Position numbers and translations under genes: made by a program. From IMG/VR virus record IMGVR_UViG_2889049205_000001, positions 128,001 through 192,000 of that record: DNA of 64,000 bases; one strand, 5' to 3'. The notes beneath the pieces are model-generated. The model made no database searches, was not told the origin of the DNA, and worked only from the letters and a program-made list of their open reading frames with translations. Numbering within the stretch: the first letter of the stretch is position 1; each line of letters starts with the position of its first letter. The stretch is from a virus. Its lineage: Duplodnaviria; Caudoviricetes. This document shows, one piece after another, positions 54,997 to 64,000 of this stretch.

Positions 54997-56127
54997 TTAC
55001 TCCTTCGTCAGCTTTACCGTGTTTGTGGCTCCATCCCATTTGATGTTCAGGCCAAGAATTGCTGCAACCTCTCTCGTATGGGCGTACCCGACTTCCTGGT
55101 AGACGAAGGTCGTTTGAAGTGCAGTGCCATTCAAGCTGGACAAGAGTGTTTCTTGATCCCAACCGACCGTTGCCCCTGCAGCATCGCCGGCATCACGGAC
55201 GGCCACATACGAATTGCTATTGGCTTGCCGGATGAACCCCTTGACGGTCTTGCCCCCAATGACGACATTGCACTCGTGGACGATTTCATCGAAACCGACA
55301 GCGGAATCTTTGCCGCCCCATTTGACGTTCAATCCAAGAGCTGCAGCCACCTCGGTGGATTTGGCATAGCCTACGCCATTGATAACGAATGAGCTGTCCA
55401 TCACCTTGCTGTTCAAGATTCCTTTGTTCAGTTTCGGATCCCAGTTTACGGAAGTCCGGCTGCGCTCAGCGATCGCACGAAGCGGTGTGTACGAATCAGT
55501 TCCTCGGGAGATACCTTTCTCTGCCAGCGCCGTTCCGTTGTATTTCACATCGATGCGGTATTCACTCGGCGCAATTACCGGATGTAGACGGGCATTGACT
55601 TCTTTCTTGAACCGTTCGTATTCACTCGGTTTCTGCACCCATGGCAGCGGACAGTCTTTCCAGCCGACAACGCCTTTGTGTGTCCAGATCTCGCTTTCCG
55701 GAAACGCATAAGTCGTGATCAAGTAAGCAGCCAGATCTGCAGCATTTTGGAAGGTTTCCTCGTGGATACTGCCGTCTTTTTCGATGCACATCTCGATCCC
55801 GATCGTACTGTTGTTCGGATAGCTTCCCAGATGATTCAGCGCTTCGGCCGTGTACGTTTTCGAGCCGCAGTGATAGGCCATCTCGTAGTCTGGAATGACA
55901 CGATAGATAGACTTCCGATCGACGCTGTATTGAGCACTCGCATAGGTGTCATCATCGCTGTCATTCTCGTGTTGGAACTGCAAGCCTGCGAAGTATTTGG
56001 CGATGTTCACGGCCGGGGCTCCTCTGGAAGCCGTATAGTGCATGACCAGTCCTTTTCTCGCCTTCAGCTTGATGCCTGGTCTGGAGAACGGGTTAACGGG
56101 AATCATCATTTCTGTGATTGCTAACAT
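54997..56127 (-). CDS. N-acetylmuramoyl-L-alanine amidase (Amidase_2) with two stalk/Cu-amine-oxidase-N-like repeats
   Basis: VMHYTA, AYHCG, N..IGIEMC, H......KDCP; repeated Y..LR.......V.WD. Confidence 0.9.
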   Translation of the reverse strand: MLAITEMMIPVNPFSRPGIKLKARKGLVMHYTASRGAPAVNIAKYFAGLQFQHENDSDDDTYASAQYSVDRKSIYRVIPDYEMAYHCGSKTYTAEALNHLGSYPNNSTIGIEMCIEKDGSIHEETFQNAADLAAYLITTYAFPESEIWTHKGVVGWKDCPLPWVQKPSEYERFKKEVNARLHPVIAPSEYRIDVKYNGTALAEKGISRGTDSYTPLRAIAERSRTSVNWDPKLNKGILNSKVMDSSFVINGVGYAKSTEVAAALGLNVKWGGKDSAVGFDEIVHECNVVIGGKTVKGFIRQANSNSYVAVRDAGDAAGATVGWDQETLLSSLNGTALQTTFVYQEVGYAHTREVAAILGLNIKWDGATNTVKLTKE

Positions 56128-56152
56128 GTCTTCACCTCGTTGTTTTATTTTT

Positions 56153-56185
56153 GTGTAATGCATTACACTATGAAAAGTATATCAC
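56153..56185 (-). promoter_or_regulatory. extended -10 promoter with perfect palindromic operator
   Basis: TGATATACT on minus strand; GTGTAATGCATTACAC at 56153-56168. Confidence 0.7.
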
Positions 56186-56201
56186 AGTATTTCTCTTGTT
56201 T

Positions 56202-56630
56202 TCATCCATTATTTGAGAGATGTCTCATGCTCTCGAATATGAATGATCCCTCGACGGTCATCGGATCGTCCGGCCCGTTTAATCGAACCTGATAGCTGAC
56301 AAGGTATGCCTTCTGCAGAAGCTCATCGCCGAAGTGGATATTTACGCAAGGAGTGCTGGTCATGTACATAAAGAACCGATTGCAGGCTTCGTTATTGGGG
56401 AATGCGATCGCAAGTTCTGCTTGTCCCGTATAGGATGCAGCCATATAGGATCCGTCCTGCAGCTCCGTGCCTCCGGCACCGAATGTCGTGGACAATAGTC
56501 GAGCGGAGATTGGGATCTCAAGGTCAAAAGCGACGCTCGTTATTTTACCAGGCAAGTGGCCATAGGGCCGCTGCACCCGCCAGACGACTGGATCTCCATG
56601 AAGCCGGCAATATGCTTTAACGAGCTCCAT
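56202..56630 (-). CDS. hypothetical protein
   Basis: ORF in the minus-strand operon. Confidence 0.65.
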   Translation of the reverse strand: MELVKAYCRLHGDPVVWRVQRPYGHLPGKITSVAFDLEIPISARLLSTTFGAGGTELQDGSYMAASYTGQAELAIAFPNNEACNRFFMYMTSTPCVNIHFGDELLQKAYLVSYQVRLNGPDDPMTVEGSFIFESMRHLSNNG

Positions 56631-56632
56631 GG

Positions 56633-56983
56633 CTACTCCGGAAGCGGATCGACGAGGAAACTGTACTGCATATCATCGCCGTCCAAGAAAAAAGTCATCG
56701 AAAGGATTCTGAATGGTAGCTCCTTTTGAAGTCCATTATCCAAGAGGAGGACAGCCAATCGCTTGCTCCAATTCTCGGTCTTGCCGCTGTGCATTTGCTT
56801 GTGGACCCACTCCTCGACACGGACAATAGCTCTGAACCTGGTACCAGTGAAATTGTGATCCCGCTTGAAGCTAACGAGCTTACAAAATTCCTCGTTGATT
56901 TGCTGCACGTTATCGCTCTTGTCCGTGATCCAGAGTCGGCAGCGGACGAATGTGCTTTCCAGGTACTTCTCCGTCATCTCCAT
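56633..56983 (-). CDS. hypothetical protein
   Basis: GGGGGTG RBS. Confidence 0.65.
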   Translation of the reverse strand: MEMTEKYLESTFVRCRLWITDKSDNVQQINEEFCKLVSFKRDHNFTGTRFRAIVRVEEWVHKQMHSGKTENWSKRLAVLLLDNGLQKELPFRILSMTFFLDGDDMQYSFLVDPLPE

Positions 56984-56989
56984 GGTGCG

Positions 56990-57274
56990 TCACCCCCGCT
57001 TCGAGCGGATCAGATTGTCGGCGAGCATCATCAGGTAGTTCTGTGCATGCGTGATATCTTCGATGACCATATCGATTGCCGAGTCCTCTGGTGCCACATT
57101 CAGGTAATTAAGGCCGTCCTTTACTTCCTCTACTTTCTTATGGAAGCCTGCGAACAGGTACTCAGAGGTCTCCCCCTCCCATCCACCTTTCCAGACATGG
57201 ATCTGCAGCTGCTCCTCCATTCTAGTGGTGTTGGCTGCAAGGGCTGGGCGAATGGTCATGTTCTCGTTTTGCAT
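56990..57274 (-). CDS. hypothetical protein (possibly MazG-like helical fold)
   Basis: KGGW...VEEV...I.H..N..MM.AD pattern. Confidence 0.55.
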   Translation of the reverse strand: MQNENMTIRPALAANTTRMEEQLQIHVWKGGWEGETSEYLFAGFHKKVEEVKDGLNYLNVAPEDSAIDMVIEDITHAQNYLMMLADNLIRSKRG

Positions 57275-57279
57275 GAATG

Positions 57280-57711
57280 TTACCTCCAGGGTCTCATCGA
57301 AAGGCCGGTTCTGCCATCTTGAGTGTTGTAGTTAAAGACAATTTTTTTGAACGAAAATTTACGTAAGGAAAACGGAAGCGGCCCGTTGTCCATGTTTATT
57401 CTCAGCTGCAATGGCATAAGGCGTTTCAACACGCAGCTCTCAAATCGATATATGAAGCCGCCCTTTCTGAAGAAAAGCTCGAAAGGTGTCTTTTGATTCA
57501 GGCAGCGTCGCACAAACTCATCTTCATGCTCGACGTTGGTGAAACCGGCAGCAACAGAGGCTTCTCCCTTATTCCGATCGTCGCTATGTTCACGCACCCA
57601 CATCTCGAGCTCCATGTCGAAGCCGGATATGGTTATCGTTGCACGGGTAAAGCCATGTTTATCAATGGCGTTCTTGGCCACAAGATCAATATAGTTGGCG
57701 ATCATCTCCAT
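57280..57711 (-). CDS. hypothetical protein
   Basis: TAATG coupling to dnaE. Confidence 0.65.
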   Translation of the reverse strand: MEMIANYIDLVAKNAIDKHGFTRATITISGFDMELEMWVREHSDDRNKGEASVAAGFTNVEHEDEFVRRCLNQKTPFELFFRKGGFIYRFESCVLKRLMPLQLRINMDNGPLPFSLRKFSFKKIVFNYNTQDGRTGLSMRPWR

Positions 57712-60700
57712 TAGGCGATGTCCACCTCCCACTTCTCGTTGTCCCTGGTCATGATTGTCAGTGAGTCGCAGACCAAATCATCCTTCTGTTTCTTGCCGAC
57801 CACTTGTACTTTGATGTTTTCCCGCAGCGCATCCCCATGCTTATTGATGATCTTTGAGAACACAACAACCTTGCGGACATCCTCCGCTGTGTTAATCCAC
57901 ATCTCAGCGTACTTGTTCCCTTTTTTGGAGGTCAGCACGTCGTATTTGAAGACAACGCCGGTCATATGGACATCCGTTTTACCTTCCGGAATTTGATCCC
58001 ATCTGGACTTGATCGTAACTGATGTGCCAAGGAGCTCCCGCTCGTAATCGAGGATGTGCTTCTTGTTTGTCTGCGCCGAGATTTCTTCCCACTTCTTGTC
58101 GCCCTTTGACTGCAGGAACGTCCGCAGCAGCTGGTTGCGTCCCTTGTTAATGGAATCGAAAGCGCCAACCTTGATTAGGTTAACGACCTTGGTCTTGTTG
58201 ACCTTCACGCCGTTTGTGAGGAACACGAGCGCTTCAACCGATTCATATGGTCGCTTGCTAATGATCTCCTCCACCGTGTCCGAGCTGATGCCGGCAATAC
58301 TGGCCAGACCATACCGGATGTAACCGATGCTGTCGTCACCGAAATCAATGTTCTCTTTACGCTCCGGTGTCCAGGAGGCATTTGAGCGGTTGATGTCCGG
58401 CGGCAGGATCTTGATCTTCATCTCTTCGCATTCCTTCATGTAGATGACGTTCTTAGGAATGTTCTCCTTCTTCTTGCCCTCAGAAATGGTCATTAGAGCG
58501 GCCATAAACTCAACAGGGTAGTAAGTCTTCAGCCACGCCGTTTGAATCGATAGCTTGGCGTAGCAGGCGCTGTGCGCTAGGTTAAAGCAGTAGTCGCCAA
58601 ACTTTACCCAGTCAGCTTTGATTTTCAGCAGCGCTTCCTCAGAGAAGCCACGATTTACGGCGCCTTCCAGGTGCGGAACCTTCATGTATTCCGGATCGTA
58701 CTTGATAATAATTTCGGATGGCACGTCGTCTTTATTGGCATAACTGGCAACGATCTCTGCGACCTTAGCACGGTCTTGCTTGTACCATTCGCTACCGTAG
58801 ATCATAAGATCGATCCATTTGCTCATGATGTCGTGCTTCTTCTTTGAAATCCCTTTACGCAGAATGTTTGACTGGCCACGGGTGAATCCTCCGAGTCGAA
58901 TCGAGGCCTTCATGATCTGCTCCTGGTACGTCCAAATGCCGAACGTATCCTTCAGGATCTCTTCAAGTTCCGGCACTGGATAGACAATGCGTTCACGGCC
59001 AAATTTGCGATTGATGTAGGACGGAATCAAGTCCATAGGGCCTGGCCGGCCAAGCGCCACGATGACGGAGATGTCATCAAAGCTGGATGGCCTCATCTCC
59101 TTGATAATCCCTTGATACAGATCGCTTTCGCATTGGAAAATGCCAGCTAGGTTCAGGGCCTGGTACACATCTTGATAGACCTTCGGATCATTGAGATCGA
59201 TATCGTCAATGTCTACTACGCCCCAGATGCCGGCATATTCCATGGTCAGCTTGATGACATCGAGCGCATCAATTTTCAGGATATCGAATTTGACCAGCAA
59301 TTTTTCGATCCATTCCATATCGAACATTGTCGTTTCAAGTGCATCTTTATCAAGCCGCAATGGGACACGCTTCGTAATCTTATCTGGTGACAGAACGATG
59401 CCGCCGGCATGTGTTCCGACATGATCGATGTGCCCCTCGAGTTTTCTGGCAGCCTTCCACCAATCCGGGTACTGATCAGCATAAACCTTAACCATTGGCG
59501 TATTGACGTCATTGTAGGCCTGCTCGAGCATCGACCGCTTATCGCTGTACGTGACCAGCGCACGTTCGGATATCGATTTGGCGAATCCATCTTGTGTATC
59601 CAAGTCAAAGCCGAGTGTCTTACCGACTTTCCGAATAGCGGAGCGAGCTGCCAGTGTGCCGATCGTACCGATTTGCGCCACACGATCGATACCATATTTT
59701 TCTTTAAGATACATCTGCACGGCACGGGCGCCGGCATAAGAGAAGTCAATGTCGATGTCCGGATATTCCGCCCGTTCTGGATCGAGGAAACGCTCGAACA
59801 TCAGATTGTGCTTGATCGGATCCAGCGTGGTGATCTGAATGCAATAGCAGACGAGTGAACCGGCGGCGGAGCCACGTCCTGGTCCAACGAGGTATCCGTT
59901 GTTCTTCGCCCACTGGATGAAGTCGGCAACGATTAGGTGATAATCGGCAAAGCCGAGTTTATTAATGACCCCAAGCTCATATTTGAGCTGCTGGGAGTAT
60001 CGTTCAATTTGAGCTGAAACATCAGCGTACTTCATGGCCTTTTGGAACAAGCCGTTCCAGGCCATCTTCTCAAGAAGCTGCTCGCTTGTCTCATCCCCAT
60101 TGATCGGATAACGTGGCAGCAGCGGCTTGTCAGGCAGTGAGACATTGACGAGCTCAGCGATCTTGTATGTATTGGCGATCGCTTCTTCATCATTCCAATT
60201 CTCACGGATCTCTTCTTCGGACTTCATCCAGAACTCATGCGCATACCGCATCCGGTCTTCATCGTGGATGCATTTACCGGTCGAGGAAGCCACAAGAATA
60301 TCATGAATATCATAATCGTCTTTTTGTGCGTAATGCACATCAGTCGTGAGGATCTTCGGCGTATTGGTTTCAATAGCGAGTTGATCCAGCAGGGCGTTCA
60401 GCCGCACCTGGTCAGGGATCATTGTTGCTTGTTTTTCGAGGTAGAACGAGTGAAACGTTTCTTTGCATTCCTGAATGAACGCTTTAGCTTCATCCATCCT
60501 TCCTGCGAGAGCAAGACGGCTAAGCCAACTACCCAAACAAGCAGAAGTAGCAATAATATTGGCCCCAAGATTATGGCTGCGAATGAAAGAAAGATCAGTG
60601 CGAGGGTCAGAATAAAAGCCATTGATATGAGCATCGGAAACAATTTCATACAGGTCCTCCAGCCCTTGATTGTTTACGGCAATCAAGACGAGATGATAGT

Positions 60701-61190
60701 TGTCATACAAGAGATAATCATAGATTTCTTCACGGAACTCAGCGATCTTCTGCTCGTCAGCCGTCTTGCCCTGGTGAATCGTGAATAGGTCCTCCTGGAC
60801 ATTCATGATCCAATCCATCAGCAGCGTGCGAGCTTCGGTTTCGAAGTCCTGCGGATTACGTTCGATATGTCGAATGAACTGCTTCAAGGGCTTGTCCTTC
60901 AGATTATATTTCTCCAAGAGTGCTGTGCGCTTCTCTTTGAGAAACTCCCCTTTAAGAAGACGATCCTTGGTCATGTATGCTTCACAACCAGGGATCGGTT
61001 TAATGCCTTGTTTGAGGCAAGAAGATATAAAATCGGGAATGGCCCCACACACACCGTGGTCGGTAATTGCCAGCGCAGGGCTTCCGATTTCTTTTGCTCG
61101 TTCGACCAGTTCATGCACTTGCGATAAGCCATCCAATGCAGAATGTTCGCTATGCACATGCAGATGAACGTGTATACACATGAAAGCCAA
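57711..61190 (-). CDS. dnaE: DNA polymerase III alpha subunit
   Basis: PHP HLHVHSEHS.LDG, AITDHG; GPGRGSAAGS, PDIDIDF, KFDIL, FNLAHS..Y; C-terminal OB fold. Confidence 0.96.
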   Translation of the reverse strand: MAFMCIHVHLHVHSEHSALDGLSQVHELVERAKEIGSPALAITDHGVCGAIPDFISSCLKQGIKPIPGCEAYMTKDRLLKGEFLKEKRTALLEKYNLKDKPLKQFIRHIERNPQDFETEARTLLMDWIMNVQEDLFTIHQGKTADEQKIAEFREEIYDYLLYDNYHLVLIAVNNQGLEDLYEIVSDAHINGFYSDPRTDLSFIRSHNLGANIIATSACLGSWLSRLALAGRMDEAKAFIQECKETFHSFYLEKQATMIPDQVRLNALLDQLAIETNTPKILTTDVHYAQKDDYDIHDILVASSTGKCIHDEDRMRYAHEFWMKSEEEIRENWNDEEAIANTYKIAELVNVSLPDKPLLPRYPINGDETSEQLLEKMAWNGLFQKAMKYADVSAQIERYSQQLKYELGVINKLGFADYHLIVADFIQWAKNNGYLVGPGRGSAAGSLVCYCIQITTLDPIKHNLMFERFLDPERAEYPDIDIDFSYAGARAVQMYLKEKYGIDRVAQIGTIGTLAARSAIRKVGKTLGFDLDTQDGFAKSISERALVTYSDKRSMLEQAYNDVNTPMVKVYADQYPDWWKAARKLEGHIDHVGTHAGGIVLSPDKITKRVPLRLDKDALETTMFDMEWIEKLLVKFDILKIDALDVIKLTMEYAGIWGVVDIDDIDLNDPKVYQDVYQALNLAGIFQCESDLYQGIIKEMRPSSFDDISVIVALGRPGPMDLIPSYINRKFGRERIVYPVPELEEILKDTFGIWTYQEQIMKASIRLGGFTRGQSNILRKGISKKKHDIMSKWIDLMIYGSEWYKQDRAKVAEIVASYANKDDVPSEIIIKYDPEYMKVPHLEGAVNRGFSEEALLKIKADWVKFGDYCFNLAHSACYAKLSIQTAWLKTYYPVEFMAALMTISEGKKKENIPKNVIYMKECEEMKIKILPPDINRSNASWTPERKENIDFGDDSIGYIRYGLASIAGISSDTVEEIISKRPYESVEALVFLTNGVKVNKTKVVNLIKVGAFDSINKGRNQLLRTFLQSKGDKKWEEISAQTNKKHILDYERELLGTSVTIKSRWDQIPEGKTDVHMTGVVFKYDVLTSKKGNKYAEMWINTAEDVRKVVVFSKIINKHGDALRENIKVQVVGKKQKDDLVCDSLTIMTRDNEKWEVDIA

Positions 61191-61193
61191 CCC

Positions 61194-61532
61194 CTATTCT
61201 TCCGACGAACCTCCACCGATTACTTCAAGTCCAGGCACCATCAAAGGTGCTGCAATAATCCGGGCCGTATGTTCATCTCTCATTTTCTTGATGCGTGTTA
61301 CGATCGTCGTAGCTTGTACAGCTGCACCCACCAAAAGAGTTTGGTTCAAGCTGGACGTGACAATGACGGAGCGGGTTTTCTTTCCCTGCGTAAGGTCGAT
61401 GAAGCGGCCGGAGTCCTTCGCCTCTTTCATCAGGCGCTTGATCGGAGAAGAATCCGGGCGGCTGATCGTGATGATTTTTTCGACCTCTACAAAATTATTA
61501 AATCCAACGTCTACGAACATTCCATATTCCAC
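61194..61532 (-). CDS. remA: RemA/DUF370 family regulator
   Basis: VGFNNFV...II.I..PDSSPIKRL..EAK..G..ID.TQGKKTRSVIVT. Confidence 0.88.
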   Translation of the reverse strand: MEYGMFVDVGFNNFVEVEKIITISRPDSSPIKRLMKEAKDSGRFIDLTQGKKTRSVIVTSSLNQTLLVGAAVQATTIVTRIKKMRDEHTARIIAAPLMVPGLEVIGGGSSEE

Positions 61533-62395
61533 CTTTGTGTGTATTGAGTAACCAGCTCATTTTTTCTCGTCACTTCTCGAACTAAGTCACCATTGGTGGA
61601 ACCTTCAAGTACATCTGGAATCGGATCGCCCTGCTGGATGGCTGCGATAATTCGCAGCACGTCTTGGTAGATTTCGCTTCCCATATTGAATGGGATTGGA
61701 TACCTCACAGCTCCATCTTGTCTCGTTGCACCGGCGTGACAGTAGATATTGTAAGGGCATTGCGCACACTTGTAGTTGCTCGGCGTATATCCTTTTTCAA
61801 TCGCCGGCAGCCTGCGTTGTTGCGCCATTTCTATCAAGCGATGAGCCTTGTTCATGAGTTGCTGACCCAGCGCCGGATCGTACTCCAGCTCGTATTCCCA
61901 GACCTCTTGGGTGTCTTTGTTTTCCACGAAGATGATTCCTTTTTTGATCCCGGTCAGGTGCATGTAGAACGTGAGCTGTGCTCGGTGTTCCTTCTTTGGT
62001 AAATTGTTCTTGACCATCCACTCAAAGCTTTTGCTGAATGCACTTTTCAGCTCGACCAGGTAATCCTCTCCGTGAGGGTTTGCGAAGCTGCGTATTTTTA
62101 CCCAAGCATCCGTGTGGCCGCTGATATTCTCCAGCTCAATCCTCATTTCCGCTTGAACCAAGATCCCCATATCCTCGAACATCTTTTCGTAACGATGGTG
62201 CATGCCGTGGCCGTTATCGAAGATCCGCATGAGCTGCGCATCATTGGCCTCTTTGGGCACCATGATCATGTCGAAAACGATGCGCCGGTCACACATGCCG
62301 ATTGTGCTTGGGTGAAGCTTGCCTCTCATCGGCCGGTTCCCGTCTTTTTGTGACTCATGATAGTAACTCTTGATCATCGGCTCCAGTACGCCCAT
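61511..62395 (-). CDS. Cas4-like PD-(D/E)XK exonuclease
   Basis: PS.I..C.R, G...H, SGHTD, VELKS, QL..YM, C..C.Y...C. Confidence 0.85.
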   Translation of the reverse strand: MGVLEPMIKSYYHESQKDGNRPMRGKLHPSTIGMCDRRIVFDMIMVPKEANDAQLMRIFDNGHGMHHRYEKMFEDMGILVQAEMRIELENISGHTDAWVKIRSFANPHGEDYLVELKSAFSKSFEWMVKNNLPKKEHRAQLTFYMHLTGIKKGIIFVENKDTQEVWEYELEYDPALGQQLMNKAHRLIEMAQQRRLPAIEKGYTPSNYKCAQCPYNIYCHAGATRQDGAVRYPIPFNMGSEIYQDVLRIIAAIQQGDPIPDVLEGSTNGDLVREVTRKNELVTQYTQRWNMECS

Positions 62396-62412
62396 TCCAT
62401 CATTCCCTTGAC

Positions 62413-62459
62413 GTAATGCATTACATATTTATTATACTGGTGAAAACAAGAGAAATCAA
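62413..62459 (-). promoter_or_regulatory. sigmaA promoter with palindromic operator
   Basis: TTGATT-17-TATAAT on minus strand; GTAATGCATTAC at 62413-62424. Confidence 0.8.
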
Positions 62460-62464
62460 GAGAA

Positions 62465-62707
62465 TCAAGGAGTTCCGATGAGATTATCTTGCTCTTTTGC
62501 GGCTTTCTTGAAGTTTGCGAATGTTTGGTTCGTGTGCAGGTCGATGGCCTGGTACATGGCCACTGGATAGAGCACGTTTTTGACCTGCAACGCCAGTCCG
62601 GATTCATGCATTTTGATCTCGTCTTGATCTACATTGCAGGGAGTGAAGAACAATTCGCCATTACGGGCAAGCGCACCAATACGTGTAACTCGATTCATCT
62701 TAGCCAT
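62465..62707 (-). CDS. hypothetical protein
   Basis: GAGGAG RBS. Confidence 0.65.
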   Translation of the reverse strand: MAKMNRVTRIGALARNGELFFTPCNVDQDEIKMHESGLALQVKNVLYPVAMYQAIDLHTNQTFANFKKAAKEQDNLIGTP

Positions 62708-63522
62708 TTTATTTCTCCTCGCTTTCTCATGTCACGGAAATGCTCCACCAGATCCCGCCGCACCTTTCCGATGTAAACCGGGTTATAGCCGATATCCCGT
62801 GCGATATCCTTGTCCTTGTAGCCACATTCATAATATTTGACGAGCACCCGGCGCTGCATGTAAGACAGGTCCTTGAACAGATCCCCGTTACCATAGCCAT
62901 TGAACCAGTTCTCATTGTTCAAATCATCCTGAATATCGGGGTCCAGCTGCAGCGGGTTCTCAATTGTATCCATAAGGGAATCAACAAACGGTACACGTTG
63001 TCCAGCCTGCATCATGTCAGAGTATGTAGAGCTGGAATCACTGGCGTCGTACATTTTGGCATCGATATGATGCTTGAGGCGGTACCGGAAAGTTTTGTAG
63101 ACGTATCGCTGGAATCCTGCGCCTTGATCAACATAATCTTTGGCGCAGCCAAGGAAGATCATGACGAGCTCATTGTACAAGTCGTCATACGGTATGAAGT
63201 CCTTTATCTCGGAGTCCCTATAGTCGAGCGGGATTCGTGCCCAATCGTAGTCCTCAAAGACTTTTACGATCAAAGAAAGCATCCGGTAGGCGGCGGCCCG
63301 TGCTTCTGCACTTTGATACTTGGGCCCACGCCGCAGGCTTTTCACATGCTCCGGATTGCGAATATAGCAAGACATGAACTGTCGGATGTCATAGTTTTCA
63401 AAATCAATATGTTTCTTCCGAAACAGCATGTAATATTTCAGTATGAAATACTTATAAGCTGCTACCAGGTCATCGGATTTACCCGACGCCTGGTAGGCTT
63501 TGATTAACTCGTCGCTCATCAA
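62695..63522 (-). CDS. phage-type sigma-70 family RNA polymerase sigma factor
   Basis: region 2 DDLYNE....F...AKDY....GF..Y; region 4 LS..QRRVL..YY..G..D.DIA..IG. Confidence 0.75.
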   Translation of the reverse strand: MMSDELIKAYQASGKSDDLVAAYKYFILKYYMLFRKKHIDFENYDIRQFMSCYIRNPEHVKSLRRGPKYQSAEARAAAYRMLSLIVKVFEDYDWARIPLDYRDSEIKDFIPYDDLYNELVMIFLGCAKDYVDQGAGFQRYVYKTFRYRLKHHIDAKMYDASDSSSTYSDMMQAGQRVPFVDSLMDTIENPLQLDPDIQDDLNNENWFNGYGNGDLFKDLSYMQRRVLVKYYECGYKDKDIARDIGYNPVYIGKVRRDLVEHFRDMRKRGEIKWLR

Positions 63523-63994
63523 CCATCATCTCCTGGCCATATAGCCGCTGCTGCAGGATCTCGTCCTCATCAGCCTTGCGGTAAATGTAAAGCTCGAAGA
63601 ATGGCTTTTCGCCCGGAGCGACCGTTTTGAAGTCCATGACCCTCGGCAGCGCAAAGTGGTCGTCATCGTAGATGATTTTATTCAATGCGTCCATCAGCAG
63701 CTTGAATACGTTATTCGTGTCCCGGTCCCGGCTCTCGTCAGGGAAGTGAGCGATCATCTCGACGACGATCTTCTCCTTCTCAGTCATCTGCCAGGCTGTG
63801 TCGTGCGCCCACATAGAGGCCAGTGCCTCCCACTTCTCTTTCAGCGCCTCAGCCGGCTTTGAGAGCCTGCGGCCGCCCTTGCCAGTATGAACGTAGATAT
63901 GATTGACACTCGGGTATACCCCCGCATCGCCACTCTCTTCTTTATGAATGATCCAGACTTTTTCCTTGACGGAAGCCTCCTTGCCTTTGAGCAT
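63479..63994 (-). CDS. rusA: RusA family Holliday junction resolvase (may start beyond the window)
   Basis: PSVNH.Y, RDTNN..K...DAL....DDD. Confidence 0.8.
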   Translation of the reverse strand: MLKGKEASVKEKVWIIHKEESGDAGVYPSVNHIYVHTGKGGRRLSKPAEALKEKWEALASMWAHDTAWQMTEKEKIVVEMIAHFPDESRDRDTNNVFKLLMDALNKIIYDDDHFALPRVMDFKTVAPGEKPFFELYIYRKADEDEILQQRLYGQEMMVDERRVNQSLPGVG

Positions 63995-64000
63995 TTTCTT

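Noticed and set aside
57711-61190. Intein or intron in dnaE (also checked recA)
   Set aside because: Continuous ORFs of ordinary length; no C...HN intein termini or homing endonuclease motifs seen.
61511-62395. Cas4-like gene as evidence of a CRISPR system
   Set aside because: No repeat-spacer array or other cas genes seen; solo Cas4-like nucleases are common in phage replication modules.

Overview
A 64 kb segment of a large (SPbeta/jumbo-like) temperate phage, phage-plasmid or megaplasmid of a spore-forming Bacillota host. Paenibacillaceae-like is inferred from the gene families, GGAGG RBSs and sigmaA promoters. No virion, integrase or conjugation genes are visible, so lifestyle cannot be settled. 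Genes run almost entirely on + from 1 to 49.6 kb and on - from 64 to about 52.9 kb. They converge on a replication-control island: a phage-O-like initiator with internal 21-bp iterons, a probable countertranscript, an RTP replication terminator with an inverted Ter-like pair, and SOS-boxed yolD. The element encodes its own replication and recombination kit (DnaE, DnaN, DnaG, PcrA, SNF2-like helicase, RecA, Gam-like, Sak-like, RusA, Cas4-like nuclease), nucleotide enzymes (ThyX, Tmk, 5'-deoxyribonucleotidase, UDG-like), a sigma factor, an amidase and about 50 hypothetical proteins. The most notable observations are six. (1) A ~1.25 kb non-coding, densely base-paired RNA array (33.3-34.5 kb) ends in a tRNA-like element with an oversized anticodon/variable region, and three further structured intergenic RNAs lie at 13.4, 14.3 and 16.8 kb. 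(2) A kinase-less agr-like quorum-sensing cassette comprises a membrane protein, AgrB, an AgrD missed by the ORF track, and a stand-alone LytTR. (3) There is a radical-SAM/AAA+/DUF1257/DUF2997 operon. (4) A recurring palindromic operator GTAATGCATTAC sits at transcription starts. (5) RTP/Ter lies beside the origin. (6) The element carries ACP-like and RemA-like host-mimic genes. All family calls come from motif recognition by eye, not database searches.
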